A stretch of DNA of 64,000 bases from Jimgerdemannia flammicorona (GCA_003990765.1 RBNJ01000008.1:1-64000), one strand, 5' to 3'; shown: positions 10,804 through 30,212, counted from the stretch's first letter. Program-made: numbers and translations. Notes: generated by a model from the letters alone, not told the origin.

Positions 10804-13800
10804 CTATTCCACCAACCCCTTTGCGATTAGCTCTTTACACCGACTAACTTCATTCTCGTACACATCGACTTTTTTCTGGCACGTCTGCAAGCTCTGCAAC
10901 AAGAATTTTTGACGAGTGTCGGTCTCCCGAGGTGGCTTTCCATTGTACATCATGGAGAGGTCGCGCAACTCGTTCTCATAATCGCGGATCTTGACTGTCT
11001 CAAGCATAGAGAGGTACTGATATGATTGCAATTTCATGGTGGCCGTGAAGGTCATGTCAGAGAGAAGTCGCGCAAAAGCAGTCAAATAGACTGGCTTGCC
11101 AGGGCGGATGATGTATGGTCGGCCTGAGTTGAGCCATTTGAGTATGATGGGGTTAACTTAGAGAGGGGATCTGGCTTGACTAGAACAGACGCGAGCAACA
11201 GTGAATTCAATTCACGCTTACCATCTTTGTGAACAATTGTTATCAGCTCCGCGTTTTCCATGCCATGGAAGGGTGCGTCTGCTCCTTTAAAGAATGGTGA
11301 CCACTTCAGCTCGTCATAGCCGACCTGCCGGAAGACAGATGAGAGAAAGATACGATGAGTATGTCGTTTACGAAAGCATATACATTTTATAGGCCTTTGT
11401 AAGGAAAGTGAGAAGATTGATATAGATGAAAATAAAAACCTCTTTTGAGAGGATTACTTGCCACTTCATTTCTCCCTAGTGCGCTCATAACTTGAAAGAA
11501 TTGCACGTCTGTCCAGCGAAACTTGCTGCCTGGCGCGTCCGGTCCGATATCGTCGCCGAAACCGTATTTGCGGATCTCGACGATAGCCCGCTGGACAATA
11601 TCATGTAAAGCGGCTGGTGGTTTTAGGGAAGAAACAATCGAATTGGTTAGCAACATGGGCTTAATAAAAAGTGTGCAAATTCCAGCATTTCGCTTATATG
11701 ATATGCATAGCGGTCGATGGGGAAAAAGAAGCGCGTAAAACCAACCGGATTGCCTTCATAACTTAAAACCGCAAGACAACTCTAATAAGAAAACACTTAC
11801 CATCGGGATCCAATCCCCCACGTATCTTCTGCACGAGCAGCTGTAAATCGGTCAATCTACCACCCAATGCAGCGACAGCATGATCAAGGCCTGCTAGGTT
11901 ACGCTTCAGCTGCACTTCACGCAAACGGCGCTGGACAAATCTCATGGCAGCATCGGACGAGGCGTCGCTGAGCGTAATCGCCTCAATGGTGCGGTCGGGA
12001 AGAGCTAGTGTGCCGAATGCAAAAATGCACGATGGTGAGCTTAGGACATGACAAATATAATATCTCTTATATGTATATGAGGGCAGAAATTCACGATTCT
12101 CCTGAGACGCGCTTAATGTGCCCTTAATTTCCTAAAGAGCTAATACCATACAAAAACTTACCCTTTCCCAAAACTTTTATGGCACCAACATGATTAGTTA
12201 CAAAGATCACGTGTGCCACCCGATTCTCCACCAACAGCGCCGCCCACTCCGCTAGATTTTCCCACAGTTCCTGGTGATCTGGGCCTTTTTCGCGCGCCAA
12301 GAACCCATCAATGACAATTACAGGGATTTCATTCTCGTCCTCGATGCCATTTTCGTTTTTGTCCGACTTTAATCGCGGTTTACCGCTGGTGAGACGTTTG
12401 AGCCGTCGCAATGCTAAGGTAGACGTGCTGGCAGATTCGTCCGATATAGTAACTTCGTGCACCGCGACCGCTACAGTCTCCAAAATTTGTTTGACCTGCG
12501 TTTCAGTCGAAGAAGAGATACCTGTGTAAATTCACGATCCGATTTTATTGGAGCAATAAGAAAGTGGTATTAGTTATGTAGTTCCCGCACACATGCATAG
12601 GGCTGAGCAACTGTTGGTCGTTATAGGTCACGGGAACCAGATGATCCTCACCGGCTTTTTGTCCAGTTGTGGCCGATACTAGTGTATCCACGAGCCCACT
12701 GAGCGAGACCAGCCATGTGAAGACAGGGAAATAACCGAGTTGCCGTGCAAGACTAGCAATCATGTCATTATTGTTGCCCGAGTTGACAAGTTGTTCGCCA
12801 TTGACTATGATTTTGTACCTATATTTGCCATAATGCAGTCATGGTAACACGAATGCACGTAAAACATAAACTTCGGCACTATCCAGATGACGGTTAATCT
12901 TATGGTTTAAGGCCAAGCCAAACTTCGTGTGGTTCATACCGCTTATCCTTAATGACTGACTGAACAAGAGCCGATTTCCCACTGCCTTTTGGACCAGTAA
13001 CAAGGATGAACGTTTCTAAGGAGCGGGGATTAACGGATATTGAATATGGATCGCGGATTATAAGAATAGTTTTGGGAAATCTCAATCTCAACGCAAGAAT
13101 TCTGATCTCTATAGTTGATGTGAGCAGCTTATAGTTCGCCGAAGTCTCTCGTAGCTTACCTGGCTGCTCCTTCAACCATGTTCTCAACATTCGCTCATCC
13201 TGCTCCCTCTCGCTCCACCCTCCTGCTGCTGTACCATCCTTCTCGCCTTCCTCAAGTTGCGCCTGTCTCGCCGTCGATGGCACGATACGCGCCCATGTTT
13301 CCTTGCGCAACCACCGATACACGGCATACTCTTCTGGGTTGAATCGTTGGGTGATTTTAGAGGTGATGCAGAACTTGCGGACGGGGTCGAAGATGGCGTA
13401 GGTAACCCCAGCGGCAGCGAAACCAATTATGGGAAAGGAAATGCGAGGGTGGGAGACGATCCATTGGCTGATAGCGTTGGTGCGCTAGACAGGAAGAGTC
13501 ACAGAAACATGATAAGTAATGGCAATAAGCATTTGTTTCCAATCATCGGAATTCGAAAATGACCGAGAGCTTACAATCTGCCTTTCATAGGTGATATTCA
13601 GCCTTGTCCCATTCACGGTGATACCGTGCAAGCAGTTCCTAGCACTTGTTGCTGCCCGTACCCTTGTGTATTGCACTATCGCATATCGCGGCAATTCCTT
13701 GCTGGCGGGATTGGGCTGTGTAACGTCAAAGATGCGGCCAAACTGACGGAACTCTTTGTAGATCTGCTCGATTGTCAGGTCGGCGCCTTGAAACTCAATA

Positions 13801-14572
13801 CGCAATTTCTGAGAAGGGTATCGCGCTAAGAGATCCTCCATGAATGGTTCGCCACGGACGAGAAAAGCGCGCACGGGTTGAAAATTGAAGGTTGTGATGA
13901 CGTTACGGTCACGGAGGTTCTTGGAGATATGGGACGCAATTTCGTTGGCTATTAATTTGGATTCGGTAGGTAGAGCTTTGTATTGGAATTTTAGGAAGGC
14001 TCCGCCGTCTCGCGATCTGGAGAAGGCAATTCCGAGTCTTTAGTATCAGCGAAGCGAAACTCCTGCCTCTCCAAGGCCCATCTCGTTCCGTGTGCTCTTT
14101 TTTCAGTTTACACATAAATGATCCGTCACTGCTGCCCTTGGCTCACGTTCTCACCTAGGTATCACCTCAGCTATTTCGAACTCAATTGGTATAGCATCCT
14201 TAGGTGCAAAAGATTTTGCTTTTTTTTCGAGCATGTTCCTAGTAGATTGGAACAGGAGCTGTCGAACGTCGAACTGCGAAAATCTGAGCGGCATCATGTT
14301 GTCGAAGTAGACGAGGCCCTCGTGTACAGGAAACTGATGCGTCTACAAGAGTACATGAGGGTTCTGTTGAATTCAAATTTCCACGCACACAACTAAATGA
14401 CTGGCAATCTTTGTCCGTGTTTACATACGGCCTCCCCAGCGGCCTTCTCGCCCTCCCTCGCAACGTGGGATGCCGACGCCCATCGCACTGGTTGGCGTGA
14501 ACGAAGAATGGCAGTCGGACGGACGGGTGTGATGTTGCGAAACGCAACGGCAGTGCGTTGCAGTCTGTACAT
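10804..14572 (-). CDS. YME2: Mitochondrial escape protein 2 (RRM + RNA12 P-loop domain), multi-exon
   Basis: Presequence-like start MYRLQRTAVAFRNITPVR at 14572; AFLVRGEPFMEDL, RRM (FRQFGRIFDV...AATSARNCLHG), Walker A GPKGSGKS, LARQLGYFPVF, LGGRLTDL, IRPGKPVYLTAF; GT-AG introns. Confidence 0.92.
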
Positions 14573-14649
14573 TATTGGGGTGAAAGTAGCGTCATGAAGC
14601 GAAGAGAATGGTGTTTGTAGGTTGGGTGTTTTCGCCCAGGGTGACTGCC

Positions 14650-15055
14650 ATTATAATAATTAAAATAGTTATTAAAAAAAAAAAAGTCACTAAATATAAT
14701 ACTAATAATATCTTTATTTTTGTAAATAAACTAATGTTAAAATATACTAATAATTAGTAATTAAATTATTAAGTTTTAATTTAAATATATCTTATCTATA
14801 ATTTATTGTTATTATTATTATATTACTTTATAATATTAAATATAATAAATTATAAAATTGACTTATATAATAATATATAAAATATCAATTAAATCTACTA
14901 ATGTCAGAGATATGGCAATATTTAAATAGAATTTGTACAGATTTATATAAACCATCATGACACTTTAGAGTATGACTATATGATATATACATATATTAAG
15001 AGTTGATTAATTTGTCTATATTGATAGTAAAATTCATCTATAATATAGACAGTAC
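14650..15055. other. Very AT-rich intergenic islet (probable eroded TE/MITE relic)
   Basis: Abrupt switch to almost pure A/T between GC-balanced genes. Confidence 0.45.
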
Positions 15056-15060
15056 ATTTA

Positions 15061-17055
15061 TTAAGATATGCTATTTTTATCCTTTACCAGCTCGTACAAT
15101 CTCAGTAGCGACAGGTTCCTGATTTCATACCCATCCTCACTGATTTGCTCCATGATCTCCCCTCCTTCTTTCCACCTTTCCTGTGTCACCACTGCAGTCA
15201 GCAATACAAAATATGTATCCTTGGACGGTATCAACTTCATATCCCTCATCCTCCTAAAGCACACCATCGCCTCCTCGAATCGGTCGTGGCCCAAAAATCC
15301 ATCAATCATAAAGTGAAATGTGGCCCGATCCGGCATCACATTGTCGCATTGCATCATATCTCGGAATGTCAGCGTCGCCATGGCTAGCTGCCCGGATTGC
15401 ACAAATCCTTGAATCAGGCTCGTGTAGGTGATTACGTTGGGCGTCACCTTGTGCTTGCGCATCATGGTGAATGTCTGTACCGCCTGCGTCATGTTTCCCA
15501 GCCGGACCCAGCCATTGATCATCGCGCCAAACATCACAACGTTGGGTTGAAGGTTGTACGGCTGCATCGCGTCAAACAAGGATTGCGCTGTTTTAGTTTC
15601 CGTGGTACTGAGAAGCGAATCGATAAGAATGGTTACGGTAATAACGTCGGGCTCTATGTTGGCGGCTCGCATTTCGCGGATTACGTTGATGGCGGCAGGC
15701 ATATCTTTGTTGTAGACAAAGCCCTTGAGGAGGCTATTGAAGGTGATCAGATCCGGCTGCATACCGATGTGAATCATCTGTTTGTAGAATTCTTGGGCGG
15801 CGACGGGCTCATGGTTCATCATGAGGCCATTGATCATGATGTTGCAGACAACGTCGTTGATACAGATGGCATTGTCTCGCTGCATTTCGGAGAAAACGGC
15901 GAGAGCACGAGAGACTTCTCGGTTGCGAAAGTAGAGGTTGAGGAGAGTGGAGTAGGTGTAGATGTCGGGGACGAGGCCAGATCGAACCATGTCGCGAAAG
16001 GTTTGTTCTGTGCCAACGGCGTCCAAGAGGCCGGCTTTGAGGTTTATAATCATGTTATACATTTTTTGTGTGGGTTGCATGCCTTGAGCCATCACGTCTT
16101 GATACATGATGAAGGCGGATTTGGGACGGTATGTCTTTGAAAAACCATCGATTAAAATCTCGTATGTTGAGAGGTCGTGTTGGATGCCGGCAGCCTTGTT
16201 CTGCTGGTAGTATTCGAGTGCGTCATCCGGTCGTTCATTAAAGAAAAGGTGCGTCAAGTACAGGTTGTAAGCTTTTGTATTTTGTCTCGCCGCGTCAACC
16301 AACATATTTCGCACAACGGACACTATTTCGTGGGAAAATGTGAGGTATTGTTTTGAAAAATCCTCCCAGATACTCAGATCGGGTAGTACTTCCTTCACCA
16401 GCGCTTCACGTAATAAGATCTTCGCGTCATCCACCATGTCAAGTTTCACGTAAATCGCCAGCATGATGTTTAGTATCCACGGTGTCAAGCCCTTCCTCTC
16501 AAAATGAGTGGAATACAGTTGAATCACATCTTGGTGCTGCCCGCAGGCGAACTTGATTGTGACAAACTCTTCGTAATCCTTTAGATCCCAGGCAATCCGA
16601 TACTTCTGCATGTCCTCGAAAGATTGGAGAATCTTTCCATCGATGCCCCAATCCCTTGACGAGTCTAGCGCTCTGCGGAGCCTGTTATAATCAGGCTTGG
16701 TTAGATGTTGGGAGAGGCTATTATCGTGCAGATGGCTGTATTCTTGCCATATAATGTTGCTATGTTTCTTTTCTTCAAATAATTTGCGAAAACGTAATAT
16801 TTCAGGCGGCTCGGGGACAGGCGTCGAAGGCTCGCCTTTCGCTGCTTCGGGGACAGGCGTCGAAGGTTCGCCTTTCGCTGCTTCGGGGGGCGTCGAAGTC
16901 ATTATTCTTCGTATGGGCCGCGTAAAGATGGTGGTACCTCGGTGTGTAATGGAAGATGTTGACAGACGGATAGGTGGTGGAATGGTAGCATTGGGCAGTG
17001 GAATAAGCAGCCGAGCGCTGTGGTGGAAGAATGAGGCCAACAGTGCGTTGCGCAT
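15061..17055 (-). CDS. Mitochondrial pentatricopeptide repeat (PPR) protein, intronless, 664 aa
   Basis: Tandem 35-aa repeats (PDIYTYSTLLNLY, PDLITFNSLLKGF, PNVVMFGAMINGW, PNVITYTSLIQGF, PDRATFHFMIDGF); Arg/Ser/Leu-rich N-terminus lacking acidic residues. Confidence 0.95.
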   Translation of the reverse strand: MRNALLASFFHHSARLLIPLPNATIPPPIRLSTSSITHRGTTIFTRPIRRIMTSTPPEAAKGEPSTPVPEAAKGEPSTPVPEPPEILRFRKLFEEKKHSNIIWQEYSHLHDNSLSQHLTKPDYNRLRRALDSSRDWGIDGKILQSFEDMQKYRIAWDLKDYEEFVTIKFACGQHQDVIQLYSTHFERKGLTPWILNIMLAIYVKLDMVDDAKILLREALVKEVLPDLSIWEDFSKQYLTFSHEIVSVVRNMLVDAARQNTKAYNLYLTHLFFNERPDDALEYYQQNKAAGIQHDLSTYEILIDGFSKTYRPKSAFIMYQDVMAQGMQPTQKMYNMIINLKAGLLDAVGTEQTFRDMVRSGLVPDIYTYSTLLNLYFRNREVSRALAVFSEMQRDNAICINDVVCNIMINGLMMNHEPVAAQEFYKQMIHIGMQPDLITFNSLLKGFVYNKDMPAAINVIREMRAANIEPDVITVTILIDSLLSTTETKTAQSLFDAMQPYNLQPNVVMFGAMINGWVRLGNMTQAVQTFTMMRKHKVTPNVITYTSLIQGFVQSGQLAMATLTFRDMMQCDNVMPDRATFHFMIDGFLGHDRFEEAMVCFRRMRDMKLIPSKDTYFVLLTAVVTQERWKEGGEIMEQISEDGYEIRNLSLLRLYELVKDKNSIS
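16811..16888 (-). repeat. 36-bp coding tandem duplication (PEAAKGEPSTPV x2) in the PPR gene
   Basis: Two copies differing at one base, plus a partial third. Confidence 0.9.
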
Positions 17056-17171
17056 TGCGCATTGTTCACGTTGGATACAGAAACGGCCTGCGTCACCGCG
17101 TCAGCCACCATTTCCAAATGTGTCACGTGCATTGTGTGGAATTATGTACGTATTCAAGCCAAACCTAATGT

Positions 17172-18900
17172 CTACATCGTACTCCGCCGTCCATCCCCAA
17201 AAAACTTGCGCACCCTCCCTCGAAACTCATTTGGTAACAACGGCGGATCTCGCACTATCACTCGCCCGTCCTCCAAACTGCCACCGCCAGGGCACCACAC
17301 TTGGATGTCGGCTCGGTCAAAAACACCGCCAATGCTCACCCACCCGACGCTAGAAAATACGATGTCGAGTATCGCATGTGACGCGTGGCGGCCGTGGTGG
17401 CCGTGGAGCGTCAGTTTACCAGTTAGAGGTTGAAGGGTTGGGAATGGACGACGCGTGGGGGTTATGATAGGAGGCTGGAGTATGTGGTAACTGGGGGAGA
17501 CTTTATCAAAAAGGTGATTAACTTTTGAGGTGGAAGTAATATGGGGAGGGATTTTGGAAAAGAGGGTGATAAGTGGCGGGGATGTAGCAGAGAGGATGTC
17601 GAGGCGGCCAAGGCTTCCGATGAGAAGGGATTTTCCTGCATATATTGATTGGACCGAAAAAAAAAAAAAAAGAAAAAAAGGGGGGAGGGCCAAATGGGCG
17701 CAAATGGGCGAGTACCCAAAGTTTCAGTTACAAGATCAGGCGTGAATTAGGCAAACAGAAGGTAGTAGACGCACCAGCTTCAAGGCTATACGTCGCCGGC
17801 CGAATCGGTTGATTGGGGATGACCATCTTGAGTTCCTCATAATCCAGCAAGTTTATGAGCTGCCGCTCGTTAACGATACCAGGTGTATCATACAGGTGCC
17901 GTTGACCTATTTTCCCCACGGACACTTCCGTATCTTTTGTACGGTCCAGCACATTTCCAAATGTTGTCAAGGGAATCCCCACCATTCCTATCGTTGTCCC
18001 TGGTACAATCGAGCTCGTGACTTTGTGCTTCGACCCTCCGATCCCAAGCCTAAGCAATGCATTGACTAACTCCGATTTGCCGACGTTGGTGCAGCCAACA
18101 AGATAAACATCATCCACTGCGCGGCACACGCTTGCAATGGACATTCCAAGTTCGCGGATGCCTAGATTCTTCTTCGCGCTGATCAGATGCACGTCCTTCA
18201 AATGGGCAATGCCCAATTTCTTGGCTTGAGTGCGGACCCAATCGCGGATGCGTTGCTGGTGAGCCAGTGCCGTCTTGGGGAGCAAGTCGACCTTGTTGAC
18301 AGCCAAAATGATGGGATGACTGTCGCCTATGAGGTGTTGTAAATCCGGTATAAAGGAACCTGGAAAGTCGAAAATGTCCACGACTTTGACGACGACAGCA
18401 TTCTGGCGCTTGCGGAGGAAACTTAGGAAGGTGTGATCATTGGTCACGAGTGTGTCTTGCCAGGGCGAGGCCGGGATGGTAGGCTTGTTTTGGTGGATCA
18501 GGGAGTGACAACGATTACAGAGGTTGCGTGGCTCGGGATGTCGACGAAAGGGTGCGGCATTGTTGTTGTCTGTTTTGTCGGTGGTATCGTCTTCAAGCAG
18601 AAGCTGCTCATCTAGTTTCGCTATGGCTTTCTCAATGTCAGCTTTGGTCATGACCTTGGGGCTCCTAGGAATCTTTTCCCAATGTGTTGGATCGCGTGGT
18701 TTCTTTTCGGGAAAAAACCCTGGTTTCGATGAATCGGCAGTTTGGATCTTGGCACCGCAACCTGGACAGTGAGCGGGTATCGCTGGGGCCGTGTATGTGA
18801 CATTGGTATGCACGAGTAGCATGGAGGGGCCGGACGAAAGACGGACGGACAATGGCAGAGCTGAACGGCGAAAAGGGAGGAGCAGGGTGGGGAGAAACAT
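17172..18900 (-). CDS. GEP3: Circularly permuted YqeH/NOA1/Gep3(Mtg3)-family mitochondrial GTPase, two exons
   Basis: CPGCG...CNRC zinc finger, VDIFDFPGS, NKVD (G4), ISAK (G5), GCTNVGKS (G1), PGTT (G2), DTPG (G3); intron ~17637-17773; exon 2 has DIVFSSVGWV; presequence-like start at 18900. Confidence 0.9.
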
Positions 18901-19201
18901 GAGTGCAGAGGAAGGGTGGCAGGGTGGTGTTTCTCGCGTGGGTGGCGGGGTGGCTTGGAGGACAATGGGGCACGTCACTGGGGGGGACGATTGGCCAGGA
19001 AAAGGATAACAGCGTGACAAGCCCCCCACCGCTCCTTCCCCACCGTTGCCCTGCGAAGAACGACACCCTCCAGCCGCGCACCCTTCCACCTGCTCGCCCC
19101 GACCATCCCCCGCTTCGTCGACTTTCCCCTCCCCTATTCCGTTTACGCGAGTCCCAACTTTGTGCATCCTCCCGGTCCCAGGACCCCCCGCCAGGATTGA
19201 C
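18901..19201. promoter_or_regulatory. Probable bidirectional promoter between GEP3 and SIN3
   Basis: 301 bp GC/CpG-rich gap between divergent start codons. Confidence 0.6.
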
Positions 19202-25653
<6,452 letters not shown>

Positions 25654-26015
25654 ATCTCATAGATATCGAGGAATCATTTAATTAGACGGATGATGGTCTC
25701 GATAAGTAGTAGCAATCGAGGACAATTGATGTAGGACTGATGGGGCGAAGTCTGTCTGTTTTGATGCGCATTTTTCACTGAAGATTCGACCATGTTTTAT
25801 AATCATGTACAGTTTTTTTTTTTTAGAAAAAAAAAGAAGAAAAAAAAATTGTTTATTCGTATCCCCCCCCTGCAATCATGACCTTCTCGTTGGTGCGCAT
25901 GATATTAGCAAATAAAATTACGTCATGAAGCACGGGACAGGATGACGTCATCGACATATACGGATTCCAACTTAGCTATGGCGTCTTGTCCACGACGCCT
26001 TTTTCGTCCATTCCA

Positions 26016-29000
26016 ATGTCAAACCATGTCTCTCACACTGTTCAAGACGACTCATTATTCAAGAACAAGACGAAAGGCAGAAAACCCCGCAACATTGGCC
26101 CCTCTGGCCTTGGCAGTAGTACTTCCAGAATTCCCAAGAATTCGTCAACTATGACCTCTTCGCGAAAGGTAATTGTGTTTCAGTTTTGCCACCTATTTCG
26201 ACATTGCGCAGGTAGACTGAATTAATCCGAAAAATAAAAACAACAGTTATCCATCTCCTCGATGACTTCCGACCATTCCAACGCATCCAAAGCCTCTTCC
26301 ACCAAACTCTCCAGCTCGGTTGAAGACTCTGAATACGAAAATATTACGATAACTGACATTAGGCGGACCAAAAAGTCTCCGCGATCTATGAACTCAAACT
26401 TTTCTGCCTCAGCAACCAACAGTGGTGCTATTGCTTCCTTGTCTGACTCTCCGAAGCTCTCTTTGTCAAACGATTTTCTTCAGCGGATGGGGTTCTGGCT
26501 ATACAGCACGATACCCAAATCTCGTAGTCGGACTAAAACAGTTTACTCATCGGATACTATATGGATGCTTGGAATTTGTTACAATTTCGCGGAGGATGGT
26601 GGCGACGTCAACTTATCTAGATTCTATCCGTCTGCACGTCCCAAGAGAGCTTCTTCGATATTCAATTTCAACCCGTGGGGAGACGATCAGGAGCCTGATC
26701 AGGTGTCAAATAATGATGACTTGCTTGACAACGTGAAGAACCCGTCTGCTTCCAAAAAACGATCCTACTCGCTTAATGTCTTCGCACCGCCATTATTAGC
26801 GCCAACCGCAGTTGATATTCGCCCGAGTATCTCAGAAAATGCGAGCTCCTCCCATGGGAGATTGAGCCCAACATTGCCACAACATATTGACTCTGGATCG
26901 ACCATGATGCACAGACTCAGAGCTATCTCGCTTACAAACAAAAGAGCCTCGGATTCAACGACATCATTTTTCAGAGCAGCCCCAAAATCCAAACAATCCC
27001 CTTCCAATTTCACTGGCATGACACTTAGCTCCTCTCCATCGCAGTTTTCACCGCTTAACGATACATTTCTGCCGACTTCTCCGCAAAAGCGATCTTCTCT
27101 CGATAATACTGGCAAACTATCTCTCGTTCGTTCCGGCCCCTCCACTTCGGAGATGGTTGAGGTAAAGCGCCGCCCGAGTACAAATCGATCTCTTTCCAGC
27201 GGCAGCTCAGTATCGACGACGAAGCTAAAGGATAGTCTCACCCATCAGAGACCCAAGCGCACCGAAAAGGGCACCGGGGCAGTCGGCGAAGGCTTTATAA
27301 ACGTGAGTTCTCCGCGATCTCTACATAGCCCAGTGCGTATTGGGAAACCTGCATCAACTTCCGGGGGTTACGAGGTTGCCAAGACACCGAATCCCATAGA
27401 GAGCGAGAGTGCGGTTCTAGTTGAACGACCCAAGGCCCCGCCTAGTATCCAGGTGTCGCTATCGAACGGATCCGAATGGCTTGATTCTTCCTGGGTCAAT
27501 GGAGCGCTCGAAGGAGCGAACACTAGCAACCGACCTCACGATGTCAAAAGCGACAACGGCAACGGTGATAGCTTTCCCTATGTCCAGCATACCGAACCCG
27601 ACTCTACACCAACATGGGAAAAGGTTATGAACCCCTTGGATGACATGCTTGCCACCGAGAATGACAACGAGAGCATTACCGACAATGATATTGGAGGCGA
27701 AACTATTTTACTCGAGGGACAGGATTCATCTGCAAATTTGCCACCATCGTCGTGGATGATTGGCAATCCTACTCAGCTGTTTTTTGAGCCTACTTCCGCA
27801 AATTTGGAAGGAAGCCCTCCGCTCTGTTCTGATGCTCCTCCTGTCAGTACCGACGGTGGTGCCGATCTCGACTCTATTTTCCAATCAGGAGAGAAGGAAG
27901 GTCAACTTTCGCGCACGCCAATACCCGATACTAGCAGTGACACAATATCACCGCAGCTGCCACATCCACGCCTCCTTAATAAGAACTCATCTGCGTCATT
28001 ATCCGGCGCAGGCACCCCTTTGTCCATGTTTTTGCAGGACCAGTCCGTTTCAGTCAGTTTGACGCCGAATCAGCGTAAATTGCTCGAGTTCCTGTCCGAC
28101 TTCCGCTCGCGCGTGGCCTTTACTTACCGTAAGGACTTTACCCGCATTGAACCATCATTCTACACCTCCGATTTTGGGTGGGGCTGCATGCATCGGTGCA
28201 GCCAGAGCCTGTTATGTAACGCATTGCTGATACAGGCCTTAGGGAGAGGTAAGTTTTCGTCGAATCCGATGTTCGAGAAATAATACCATTGAGGGTCTCC
28301 AGGTATTGACCATCAACATCATATCGCACTGCTTCTGGCTATTTATCATGCACCTTACATGATCGATGTCATTGACCAGGTTGGAGACGGGATGACCTCT
28401 CCGATCCCTCTCGTTGGGAACTTTATTGCAGGGTATGTAAACATGATATGTGTTTTTATTGGCATTTCTGGGAAAGAGATACCTCCACCCTGGCTGGCTA
28501 TGATTTTGAGCAACGAACATGTATGATTGCTTAGATTATTATCATGTTTCTCGATGAACCATCCTCGCGGAGTCCTTTCTCTATTCACAACCTGGCGTTG
28601 GCGGGCAAGCGGCTTGGAACGAACGTTGGAGAATGGTTTGGTCCTACAATATCAGCGAAGGCAATGAGGTATTTGATAAGTTTCCTATCCAATATCATTG
28701 CACTTAAAATGTGTGAGCTCATCAAGGTTTTCATTTCGCTTTAGAGAATTGGTGGCCCATTACAACGAGCTGGACGTGAGCGTGTATGTGTCGACTGACG
28801 GCGTTGTTTACAAGAACGATGTCTATAAAATAGCCCACCGTAGGAGGAATGCTCGGTTTGGCCCCGTCCTTGTGCTTGTTGCCACGCGGCTCGGCCTAGA
28901 CAATTTGAATCCAGTTTATTACAGTGGGGTACAGGTTAGTGGGCAGTTCAATGATCACATTGACATCCAACGAAATTGTTCATGGACTCATCACGCGAGG

Positions 29001-29780
29001 ATATTCCATGTCTTCTATTGGCCATTTATAGGCATGTTTCGAGTTTGCGCAATGTGTCGGGATCGTTGGGTATGTACTGTGTTCATTCGTTTATATCAGT
29101 TCGCATCAATTCGCAAACGGAAACGATGGTATATTAGATGTTTAACATGATCATGGGTCTTGCTCATCAGGGGAAGACCGAACTCCGCTTTGTATTTTGT
29201 TGGCGTGCAAGGTAAGAGTCAATTTTTGTTTACACTTGTCTGATTTTTGCAAGGTATCCATCCACCCTAATAAATTTCTGAGGATAACCCTGGATGGTAT
29301 TTTCCTTACACAAGGGGACGAGTTGCTCTGCATTGACCCACACACTACTCAACCCACACTGGAACGAAAGGAAACGACTCGATACACTGAGGCGGTGGGT
29401 AATTCTGGTGCTATCAAACTTCATTGTTCACCTTGCACTTGTACGTGTGCTCTGATGCCTCTTCAATTGTAGGATTTCGCAACCTTTCATATCGATACTC
29501 CACAATGTGTTTCAATCTCGCAACTGGATCCGTCAATGCTTGCCGGATTTCTAATTAAAGATGGTGCAGACTTCGAAAATTTTTGCAACAAGGCGTCGGA
29601 GGTGAGAAGTTGGATGAGGTAAAATTAGCATCGTCAAGGGTTCACTCACTGACAGTTGGTTTACCCTCTGGCGCCCGATACACGCAGATTGCCACGCGGT
29701 TCACCCCAGTGTTCACCATCGAGTATGAGGCTCCAGTATACTCGGATAATTTTGGCGAATCTTTAGATCATGAGGAATGA
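26016..29780 (+). CDS. ATG4: Autophagy cysteine protease Atg4 (peptidase C54), multi-exon
   Basis: [24 protein letters not shown] (catalytic Cys), [41 protein letters not shown] (Asp/His), LDPSML. Confidence 0.93.
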
Positions 29781-30212
29781 TGATTCCCACTTTTCGTATA
29801 TTTTCATCAGACGCAACACTCATTGTAATGTAGAGTTTATCGATGTATATACAATATGATCATTGCATTTTCGATCGGATAAATGATGGTTTTAAAACAA
29901 ACACAGCTAGACTCTTGTTGCATTGTTTTCCTTGTCACGATCAGCTGACTTTTGAGAAGCATTACGAAGGAGACAACACAAGAATTCGGAAAAGTTGACA
30001 GCACGAAATCTCACTGAGACAAAGACCAAGCTGTAAGGCGTTGCAATTTATCTAACTTGTGGGACAGTCACGCACACATCAATCCCTTTCTCCGCAGAAC
30101 GTTCATAAGTCACAGAACAAACTACAAAGCGCCCTTACCACAGGAGCGAAATGCTTATTCCGATACACGCTCTTGGGTCATTCTTCATAAAAGTCCTCTC
30201 AAAATCACCGTG

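Noticed and set aside
15397-16140. 247-aa plus-strand ORF
   Set aside because: Antisense shadow of the PPR CDS with no motif.
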